Translations under genes and position numbers: made by a program
From: Caecitellus pseudoparvulus
Taxonomy: Eukaryota > Protista > Bigyra: Bicosoecida
DNA: 48,567 bases
Reading direction: 5' to 3'
Assembly: GCA_965644315.1 (NCBI GenBank)
Contig: CBFFRQ010000123.1
Location: 1 to 48,567 of the forward strand
Notes under the pieces: model-generated
What the model was told of the DNA's origin: nothing
The model's input: the letters and a program-made list of their open reading frames with translations, nothing else
Databases searched by the model: none
Part shown: positions 1-8,407 of the stretch, piece after piece
How positions within the stretch are numbered: the first letter of the stretch is position 1
Layout of the letters: each line of letters begins with the position of its first letter

Positions 1-280
1 TCGCCATCATGCGCGCGTGCGCTGTGGTGCAAGGGAGCTGGCGCAGGAAGTTGGCGGCCCGGCTGTGGAGGCGGAATTTGGGGCCCAAAATAGCCCACTT
101 TGCGGCGGTCTCCTGCGCCATCCAGAGCGGAGCAGCGCGTGCCAATGCGACCACCGGCATGCACACATCGAACGTAGTGCCCTCTGCGATTTTTGCCAAA
201 ATGACCTCTGCACCAGGCCAAAGTGACGGGGCTGTGCCAGGGCCAGCCCCGCCTGCGCCACCACGCCTGACCACCCCCAT
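1..280 (-). CDS. possible 5' part of a gene running off the window edge (hypothetical)
   Basis: Minus-strand ATG at 280 opens a stop-free frame to base 1 (MGVVRRGG...AEVILAKIAEGTTFDVCMPVVALARAAPLWMAQETAAKWAILGPKFRLHSRAANFLRQL...). It would form a divergent pair with the NTPase gene. No family recognised, and other frames are also open. Confidence 0.3.
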   Translation of the reverse strand, partial: MGVVRRGGAGGAGPGTAPSLWPGAEVILAKIAEGTTFDVCMPVVALARAAPLWMAQETAAKWAILGPKFRLHSRAANFLRQLPCTTAHARMMA

Positions 281-411
281 CCCTTTGCGCGGCTCACTGC
301 GGCACCCCCGGCACGAAACGAAATCGACACAAAGTAGACATGAAGCAACGCCATTCCCTTCCGTTTTAGACTTCTGAAGCGCCCGGAGGGCGAAACTTGT
401 CAAAGAGCCCG

Positions 412-437
412 ACCCGCCGAGTTGCAACTCGGCGGGT
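412..437. repeat. perfect 26-bp palindrome / hairpin
   Basis: ACCCGCCGAGTTGCAACTCGGCGGGT is its own reverse complement. The stem extends imperfectly to about 404-446 (AGAGC...GCTCT) and is followed by an A-rich tract. Confidence 0.95.
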
Positions 438-474
438 TGGCGCTCTCAAAAAATTCTCATGACTGCAGCCCTTC

Positions 475-2112
475 GTGCCCATAGACCACCTGCTGCCAGC
501 CTTCCAAAAACTGACTCGAATCAAACGGAGACTGCACAGAAGGCGCGCAGGACCCCAAGCCTGTCTTCTGACCGGCTTCAAGGGCGTTGGGAAGACCCAC
601 TTGCAGGAGGCATATGCCAGGCAGGTGGCTGTGAGGAACACCAGCGCGGGAGGCGACGGGCTCACACTGTGCTGCAGCATAAACCTTGCGGTGCACAAGC
701 CTTCCAACACTAGTAGCTTTTATGAATGGCTACTTGGGTCAGTCGCAAGCAAGCTCTCAGACCTGAAAGGGTGTGAGTCTGTCACGAAGGTGCTGGGGCT
801 GCTGGCCAGCTCTGCACATGGCGAACCTCGTGAGACGGTTGATGTGGAGCACCTGCTGTCCATGGCGTCGTCAGAGGGCGGCGCCGGCAGCGCTGCCCCC
901 TCAGGGCTGTCGCCTGAGGTGTGCGCAGTTCTGGCCGACGAAGAAACAGACGATTGGCTGGGCCTGGCGAGCGCCGTACTGAGAGAAGCCAACATCGCCG
1001 TCATTGTGCTCATTGACAACGCCGACTGCCTGTTTCAGGGCAAGCACTTCACACGGGAATGTGCAGACCTGTGGTGTGCTCAGCTGCGGTACCTGCTGTC
1101 GTTGGAGTACCCTGCTGTTGGCGTGGTCCTGTGCACAGCCTTCCAGCGGGCTCAGCAGCTGTTCGCTTACGACAGGCGGCCTCATGAGTTCCCGCCCCGC
1201 TTCACACATCATGAGCTGCGAAAGGACTGGGATGTGTCCAACCTCGTGTACATTCGCGTGGGGGGGCCTGCCTGGAGCCGCGCGTCCCTCATGGCCTTCC
1301 TCCTCACACACATGTGCAGGGAAGTGGACAGCTCATTCTCCCTCCTCCGGCACCACCTTGACCAGCAGCCATCAGAGGATGCGCTTCAGGTGGCGAGAGA
1401 TCTCGACGCACTGTGCCTGCAGGGCTGGAAGGGAGATGCTGATGCAAGCTCTGAACTGAAGCTGGACGCTTTCCTGGTGCATATCATGGAGCAGTTCGGG
1501 CAAACACCCAAACACCTCATCAAAGCAGTCCCCAAGCTTGTTAGCGCATGCCAGGAGCCAGGGGCATGGCCAGTAGCCACGGAGGAAGCTTCAGTGGAGG
1601 CTGACATGGAGCAGACTGTCCCTATGCCCAACCTGTTGCTGGATACCTTCCACGAGATCTTGTCAGATGCCAAGCGAGAGCAGCTGGCCCAGGACACCCT
1701 GCTCACCTTCCGCTCTGGGCAGTACACCGTAACCAAGACAGAGCTGGAAAGATCCCTGGAAGTGTACATCCCCCGCCAGGCACGACAGGCTGCAGCTGCA
1801 GCAGGCTACGGTGCCGCTCGCCCGGCACCTGCTCTTGCCATTCCGACTGCTCTGCAGTGCATCAACACCGCCTTGGATGCTGGATGGCTTGTCCCCCACC
1901 CTCGTGGTCTGAGCCTGGGCAGCCTACAAGCGTACCGCCAGAGCTTGTGTGGAGGTGTGCACCCTGACATCATTAAGTGGATGCGGGAAGGCGAGTTTGG
2001 CAAGCAGGCTGAGTTGCCCATTGCCCGTGCCTTGGCGAGGATGCAGAGTCCCATGGGAGGTGTGCTTGAGCGGCCCACCCACGAGTCAGTGCTGTGCGGC
2101 AACGATGGCTAA
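475..2112 (+). CDS. P-loop NTPase (STAND/AAA+-like), resembling CR/Crinkler-type effector NTPases; start and 3' end uncertain, possibly a pseudogene
   Basis: 545-codon ORF with Walker A LLTGFKGVGKT and Walker B VIVLIDNAD, followed by a helical region and C-terminal GEFGKQAELPIARALARM. There is no in-frame ATG before Walker A (in-frame TGA at 460; ATG at 459 is out of frame). Confidence 0.6.
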   Translation: MPIDHLLPAFQKLTRIKRRLHRRRAGPQACLLTGFKGVGKTHLQEAYARQVAVRNTSAGGDGLTLCCSINLAVHKPSNTSSFYEWLLGSVASKLSDLKGCESVTKVLGLLASSAHGEPRETVDVEHLLSMASSEGGAGSAAPSGLSPEVCAVLADEETDDWLGLASAVLREANIAVIVLIDNADCLFQGKHFTRECADLWCAQLRYLLSLEYPAVGVVLCTAFQRAQQLFAYDRRPHEFPPRFTHHELRKDWDVSNLVYIRVGGPAWSRASLMAFLLTHMCREVDSSFSLLRHHLDQQPSEDALQVARDLDALCLQGWKGDADASSELKLDAFLVHIMEQFGQTPKHLIKAVPKLVSACQEPGAWPVATEEASVEADMEQTVPMPNLLLDTFHEILSDAKREQLAQDTLLTFRSGQYTVTKTELERSLEVYIPRQARQAAAAAGYGAARPAPALAIPTALQCINTALDAGWLVPHPRGLSLGSLQAYRQSLCGGVHPDIIKWMREGEFGKQAELPIARALARMQSPMGGVLERPTHESVLCGNDG

Positions 2113-2972
2113 CGGTCTCCAACCCTGACATGGTGAGGGCTCTCAGCGTGCAGTCCCGCCCGCCGACCCAGGGTGCACCAACGAGGCAGGCTCTAGCACA
2201 GCAGTTGGAATGCAAAGCAGCACCGTGTGCCCAGCCTCTCACGCCGGTGCCACGCCTGGTACTCTGCACTCCTCACCCGCTGTGTGCCGCTCGCCGCTGC
2301 TGCCCCAGATCTTCCACGCAACACAGCTGCCGCCGAGAGTGGACTGGGCTGATCACCTGCGCTGCTGCTTGCAGCATGCTGGGACCCAGTTCAGACCCCA
2401 CCCGCCCACTGACTGCGCGACACTGCCTCCATCACCTTGCACGATGCAGAAGATTACCTGCAGCCAGGGGAGGCGAGCGCAGACACGTCGCCCAGAGCTG
2501 GAGAGACGCTGACTGGTTCGGCGATCTGAAGAAAAGTATCATCATTGACTCCCCCACAAATCTCCGCACACAATCTGCCACCCACCTGGCTCAACGAATC
2601 ATGAACCGGATGTTTCCGTGGTTCTTCAAGGGCTGTTCTGATTCCTTCGTGCACGCCAGACCACTTCGCCTTCCCTCATAGTGCTCGGATGCACCGTTAG
2701 GTGCTGAGAGACGGCTACGCTATGCTGGCTCACACTCTCGCGATGCAGCTGGGAACGCACCCCGCCCAGCCCTTCGTCCGTGCGGAAACGAGGCAACGGG
2801 CCAGCATCAGCAGACCGTCCCCCGCAGTGGCGCTCATCAGACACTTTCCACTGCCTGCCGCCCCACTGCGCCAGGGAAGCAGCCGTGCCCCCGCACACTG
2901 CCTGGGCAGTGTCCTTGCCCTGGCAAGCACTCTCTCCCCCGCACACTCGCCCCACACAGCAATCGCCCAACC

Positions 2973-4667
2973 ATGGTACGTGGCACCCCGCCCATACACT
3001 CCAACAGACGCCGGCACACACCCACACACGCGACTCACACACCACCCCAGGCACTGGCCGAGCCGACACTGTTGGAAGAGGACTTCTTAGCGGACCTGGA
3101 TGACGAAGAGGAGGAGGAGAAGGGGGGCGGGGACACCGGCGCCGCACCGGCGGTGGGCGAACCAGGGCAAGTGTCTGGGCCACCAGCCCAGGCCACAGCG
3201 GAAGCCACGACGACAGGGGAGGGTGAAAGTGTTCACACAGGACATTCATCGACACCCTCTGCCGCGTCTGTGCAGCCCACTGCATCTGCCAGTGCGCAGG
3301 GCAGCGAACAAGCCGCCGAGGGTGGCGGAGCGATTTCCGCACCCTCCTCGGCAGGCGCCCGCCTGCGCAGCATCAAGGCCATCCGCAGCAGCAGCGAGTA
3401 CCAGGCGCAGCTGCGTGAAATCCGCGACCGCCTGGCGGCAGGCAACGTCGGCCACGCCCTCAGCAAGCCCCTGGAGCTGGACCCCACGTACAGGGCTATG
3501 GTGGCTGCCAACGCCACCATGCACGCCATGCAGGAGGAGGTGCTGGCGCTGCACCGCTTCATCGCAGACGTGTACGCGGACAAGTTCCCGGAGCTAGAGC
3601 AGATCGTGCCGGACGTCGTGAAGTTCGTCAACACCGTGCGCATCATCGGCAATGAGACGGACATGGCGTCGCTGGCCGAGCCGCTGGGCGAGGTGCTGCC
3701 GCAGAGTGTGGTGATGGTGATCACCATCACGGGCTCCGCCAGCGCCACCGGCACCCTGCCTGCCGCCGACCTGCAGGCGGTGCGCGAGGCGTGCGACGAG
3801 GTGCAGGCGCTGCTGGCGGAGAAGGGCGCCTTCCTGCGTTTCATCGAGTCCTTCATGGCGGTGGTGGCGCCCAACGTCACGGCCATCCTGGGCCACACCA
3901 TCGCCGCCCAGCTCATCGGCATTGCCGGCGGACTGGTGGCGCTGTCCCGCATCCCCGGCAGCACGGTGCAGGTGCTGGGGCAGGAGCGCAAGGCGCTGGG
4001 GGGGCAATCCGCCCGGGCTGCTAGCTTGCACCGGGGGGTGGTGTACGGAGCACCTGTGGTGGGGACGGCCCCCCCCGACCTGCGCCTGAAAGCGGGCAAG
4101 CTGGTGGCCAACAAGGTCGTCCTGGCGGCACGCGTGGACAGCATGCAGGGCGCGCCCGACGGCAGCGTGGGGCAGAAGTACGTTGCGGAAATTGCTTCGG
4201 AGCTGGAGCGGCGCCAAGCGCCCCCCCCCTCACGCACCGTGAAGCCCCGCCCACGCCCTGACGACAAGCCCTCCCGCAAGCGTGGAGGGCGGCGGTACCG
4301 TGCGTTGAAGGAGCGCCTGGGGCTGACTGCGGTGCGCAAGGCAGCGAACCGCCTGTCGACGTCGGAGAGTGCTGCGGAATATGGAGACGTCGCCATGGGC
4401 ATGGACCGCGGCATGCTGAACCAGGACGTGGGGGGCAGCGTCCGCGTCAAGGCCGCCAACCAGAAGATCCTCAAGAAACGCCGAGTGGACGCCGGCGCAG
4501 CCTCCGCCGCCACGCACGGCCTCGCCTCCACCATCGCCTTCACGCCCGTGCAGGGCATGGAGCTGGTGAACCCCGACGCTGCCGCGGAGCGAGTCAAGGC
4601 CGCCAACGCCAAGTACTTCGGCAGCGGCAGCTTCTCCACAGTGCCGTCAGCGGGCGCTGGCAAGTAG
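2973..4667 (+). CDS. PRP31: U4/U6 snRNP protein Prp31 (Nop domain)
   Basis: N-terminal ..EEDFLADLDDE; YADKFPELEQIV; APNVTAILG...AAQLIGIAGGL; LAARVD; RKRGGRRYR..KER; GLASTIAFTPVQGMELVNP. ATG is followed directly by intron 2976-3050 (GTACGT...CAG). Confidence 0.95.
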   Translation: MVRGTPPIHSNRRRHTPTHATHTPPQALAEPTLLEEDFLADLDDEEEEEKGGGDTGAAPAVGEPGQVSGPPAQATAEATTTGEGESVHTGHSSTPSAASVQPTASASAQGSEQAAEGGGAISAPSSAGARLRSIKAIRSSSEYQAQLREIRDRLAAGNVGHALSKPLELDPTYRAMVAANATMHAMQEEVLALHRFIADVYADKFPELEQIVPDVVKFVNTVRIIGNETDMASLAEPLGEVLPQSVVMVITITGSASATGTLPAADLQAVREACDEVQALLAEKGAFLRFIESFMAVVAPNVTAILGHTIAAQLIGIAGGLVALSRIPGSTVQVLGQERKALGGQSARAASLHRGVVYGAPVVGTAPPDLRLKAGKLVANKVVLAARVDSMQGAPDGSVGQKYVAEIASELERRQAPPPSRTVKPRPRPDDKPSRKRGGRRYRALKERLGLTAVRKAANRLSTSESAAEYGDVAMGMDRGMLNQDVGGSVRVKAANQKILKKRRVDAGAASAATHGLASTIAFTPVQGMELVNPDAAAERVKAANAKYFGSGSFSTVPSAGAGK

Positions 4668-4670
4668 GCA

Positions 4671-4696
4671 CCGCCGCCGCCGCCGCCGCCGCCGCC
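4671..4696. repeat. (CCG)8 microsatellite
   Basis: ccgccgccg... tract immediately after the PRP31 stop codon. Confidence 0.9.
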
Positions 4697-4764
4697 TTAT
4701 GTCACACCGTGTGCATTGGGAGACACTGCCTGGCGGGAGGGGGGGGGACACCGCCCCCGCCGCC

Positions 4765-6376
4765 TCAGCGGGCCGCGTGGATGAGGCGCCCCACCGCCGC
4801 CTCCGCGTCGTCGGATGTGCTGCTGGTCACGGCCGCCGCCTGCGCCAGGATCTCCGTCCCCGCCGGCGTCCGCAGTGTGTCGTACACGGTGGTGAGGGAG
4901 GGGGAGAAGCGCGTCATGGACAGCAGCTCCAGACGCTTGCGGCAGCGGGCCTCGGCAGCCTCCAGGTTGGCGATGTCCACCTCCAGGTCTCCCACGGGGC
5001 CGCCCACACCCGCCATGGCCTCCGCCAGGCCCTCATCCACGGCGTCAGCGCCTGACGTCACCGCACGCTTCGCCTGGCGCGCTTGCTGCCACTGCCGCAC
5101 CACAGCGGACATGTTCTCGAACTCCAGCTCCTTGCGCGTGAGCAGCCACCAGGCGTAGCCAGAGATGACGGCGCCCTGCCCCAGCGCCCACGTCACGGGC
5201 TCGATGATGTCCCAGGACAGCACGGAGTACGTCATGGTGACCATGAACCCCATCATGCCGCTGTACGACACCAGCACGCCCACGTTGAACAGCTTCGCAG
5301 TGCTGGCGGCTGACGCGTCCACCACTTGCTTCGCTGACCGCCGAGCGTCCAGGGCTGCCTGGATGCGTTTCAACTGCTCCTCCACCTTGCTGCGTTCCGC
5401 GTTCACCAGTGACTCCACCGGCCCCTCCAGCCCGTACGCCCTGAACACGGAGTCAATCACGTCCTCGGGCTGCAGGAACACCGTGTTCCGAATGCCCTCG
5501 TCGGGGTGGTTCCGGAAATGCAAAATGACGCCCGCTGTGTGCAGCGCTGCGCTCAAATCCTCAGCCTCCCCCCGACTGACGCCGTTCTCGTCTGCAACGC
5601 GCACGAACTCGTCCCAGGAGATGGTGCGTTTCGCGAGGGCCTGCAGGCGGCGCCGTGTGCGCACAAAGGCGCCCTTCTGCATGATCTCCCGCACGTTCAA
5701 GCGGTGGTAGCCAGATGCCGCGCTCTGCACTCCATAGGCGCCGCCGACATACGAAGGCACCGGCACGGGCAGCAGGTCTGTTGACTCGCCCGCCTGCAGG
5801 TACAGCACCGTTGCGTTTTGCAGGGCTGCGTGCAAGCTGGTGCTGGCGGTCAGTTTTTCCTGGTCGGGGCCCAGAAAACGCGCCCCCACGAGGGAGGCGG
5901 CGCCTGATGCCGACAACATGGCTTCTGCTGTGGCAACGGTGGCTGTATGCGGCACTGCCACCACCATGCGCTGGTCGGCACCCGCCTGAGGCAGGGTGAA
6001 AGAGAACTCGAAAAACCCTGGCACAAACTTCAGCGACGCCGTGGCCGCGCTCAGAGTGCTCATGCACCGGGGAATGCAGGCTGGGGCGTGCCCTACGCGC
6101 GGGGAGTTTCCCAAGTGAAACGCCCGCTGCACCACACACGCCGGCGCGCTCGACTCACCGACAGGGGCGGAAGACCCAACAGAGAGGGCAAGTGTGTTGC
6201 TGTACTCAGAGGTGTACACGGCGCCTGTAGTCGCGTAGGGTGCACTGGGTGAGGCACGGCCAGCGTTGCAGGGCGCAGGCGTGGTGACCGCTGGCACCCT
6301 CACCTGCACGAGCGACAGCCAAGCGCCCTGCACTGCGGGCGGCGCCAGCCACAGAGCGACTTGCAGCAGCCAGCAT
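4765..6376 (-). CDS. MCU: mitochondrial calcium uniporter, pore-forming subunit
   Basis: Two TM helices flank SWDIIEPVTW (DxxE filter motif), with flanking coiled coils and an AGVILHF..VFLQPEDV motif. The spliced N-terminus MLAAASRSVAGAARSAGRLAVARAG is Arg/Ala-rich without acidic residues, like a mitochondrial presequence. Introns at 6225-6303 and about 6081-6158. Confidence 0.88.
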
Positions 6377-6759
6377 TTCCACCTACACAGTCACAGCACC
6401 AGGAGGCGCAGTGGTGCTCGTGGCTCGCTGTAAGGGCCACTCGGGTGTGCCTTCCGGCACCGATGGCGCAGACGAAGCGGCAACTGCGCTGGAGACGTCT
6501 GCAACGGTACGCAGACTGGAAGCGGTGAGGGCGTGGTGGCGGACAGCCGGGCAGAGGGTGCAGGAATCGGGAAATACCGCGCTGGATGCATTTGCCGGCA
6601 CTTGCATCGCACCTTGTGTGTCTGCAGCACGCCCTCGCAAACTCCCTCCGAACCAATGCACGTGCCGAAGCACTTTCCGAAAGCCACGCGCATTCCGCCT
6701 GAACGCCTGCTGGTGCTGAGAGCGCTGCTCCCCCAGCCCCCCCCCTGCACGCAGCCGCC

Positions 6760-8239
6760 ATGGCTCGCTCCAACTCTCGCCCTCGCAAGCGGGCGGAAGA
6801 TGCCGCTGACCACGCCACTGCTGCCCCCTCAACCAAGGGCGAGGCGCCGGCAAAGACGACCCACTTCGAGTTTGGAGGGCCAGTGGGCACCATCTTCATC
6901 AGCGCCTCCCTGCCGCTCTTCGTCTGGCTGCTGGCGGTGGCCAACAGGGGCAGCCAGTGGCCAGACCTGACCTGGCGCCCGACCTGGCAAGAAGTGAGCG
7001 ACAGCTTTGACGCCACAGCGTTCGCCGTCGTGCTGGGGTGGCTGCTGTTCCAGGGCGTCCTGTACTACGTCGCGCCTGGAAAGTGGGTGGAGGGCACCAC
7101 CCTCGCGGACGGCACCAAGCTCAAGTACCCCATCAACGGTGAGAGCGCTCAAATTCCGCAGGGCACCCCTCCGAACTCTGCAGCCGCCTGCCCCCGCCCC
7201 CTCGCCCAGCCTTCTCTTCTCTCTGCATCACTGTGGCCGTGCTCATTCCCCTGCACCTGTATGTCGCCCCCCTCACGTGGCTGGCGGAGCACTACACCCA
7301 AGTTGCCACCGCTGCAATCTCCGTCTCCCTGGCGCTGTCTGTGTACTTGTACCTGGCCTCTTTCGCCCCTGGCGCCGCCCTGGCACACGGGGGCAACAGC
7401 GGCTACCCCGTGTACGACTTCTTCATGGGGCGCGAGTTGAACCCCCGTCTCTTTGGCGGCACCTTTGACCTCAAGTACTTTTGCGAACTGCGCCCAGGTA
7501 CGCCTCACCCCCTGCACTGCACTGCACTGCAGGCCCTGTCCACACACGCTGCCCCCTCCTGGTCCACACAGGCCTCATCGGCTGGGCCGTGCTGGACGCC
7601 GCCTTCGCTCTGCAGCAGTACGGGCAGGAGGGGGCGGTGTCCCCCTCCATGGCGCTGGTTCTGGCCTTCCAGGCGTATTACGTCCTGGACGCCCTCTGGT
7701 TCGAGCAGTGCATCCTGACCACCGTGGACATCACCACGGACGGCTTCGGCATGATGCTGGTCTTCGGCGACCTCGCCTGGGTCCCCTTCACGTACACTCT
7801 CCAGGCCCGCTACCTCGCCTCCGTGCCCGTGTCCCTGCCTGCCGCCGGCATTGCCGCCATCCTGGCGCTCAAGGCACTGGGCCTGTACATCTTCCGCGCC
7901 AGCAACCTGCAGAAAGACACGTTCAGGGGGCGCCCGGCCGACCCCTCTGTGAAGAACCTCGCCTTCATCCAGACGCAGCGGGGCACACGTCTGCTGGCGG
8001 AGGGCTGGTGGGGCATGGCGCGACATGTGAACTACTTGGGGGACTGGCTCATGGGCGTGGCATGGTGCCTGCCCTGCGCCTTCGGCTCCCCAGTGCCGTA
8101 CTTCTACGCTGCGTACTTCGCAGTGCTCCTCATCCACCGCGAGCGCAGGGATGACCACAAGTGTGCCGTGAAGTACGGTGCCGACTGGGACAAGTACCGC
8201 ACCCGTGTCCCCTGGCGCATCGTGCCAGGGGTGTACTGA
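6760..8239 (+). CDS. ERG24: Delta(14)-sterol reductase (ERG4/ERG24/LBR family)
   Basis: HFEFGGPVG; LADGTKLKYPIN; YDFFMGRELNPR; DLKYFCELRPGLIGW; DITTDGFGMMLVFGDLAWVPFTYTLQARYL; GWWGMARHVNYLGDW; HRERRDDHKCAVKYG..W..Y...VPWRIVPGVY. Introns at 7139-7209 and 7498-7571. Confidence 0.93.
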
Positions 8240-8407
8240 GCACGGCGCACGCAGTGGTGGTGCTGGGCACACAATGCACATGATTCATGTCGACTGTGCT
8301 CCGCCACAGCGCAGTTGTCCGCCGCAGCCACGCCCAGGGCAAAGGCGACGACCAGCGGCAGAGCCACGCACACACCCTGCGCTACCGTTAGGGCTGCTTG
8401 GCAGGGC

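Noticed and set aside
2110-2112. Possible stop-codon reassignment (TAA readthrough) in the NTPase
   Set aside because: Conserved genes contain no in-frame stops, and TAA, TAG and TGA all terminate genes in this window.
2390-2550. ATGATGA (C-box-like) on the minus strand with a distant CTGA
   Set aside because: No convincing terminal stem or rRNA-complementary guide; chance occurrence is likely.
3233-4663. 476-aa antisense ORF over PRP31, and similar shadow ORFs at 33397..34572, 36658..38292, 38344..39918 and 46245..47654
   Set aside because: Expected by-product of high GC and strong third-position bias on the true coding strand; no recognisable domains.
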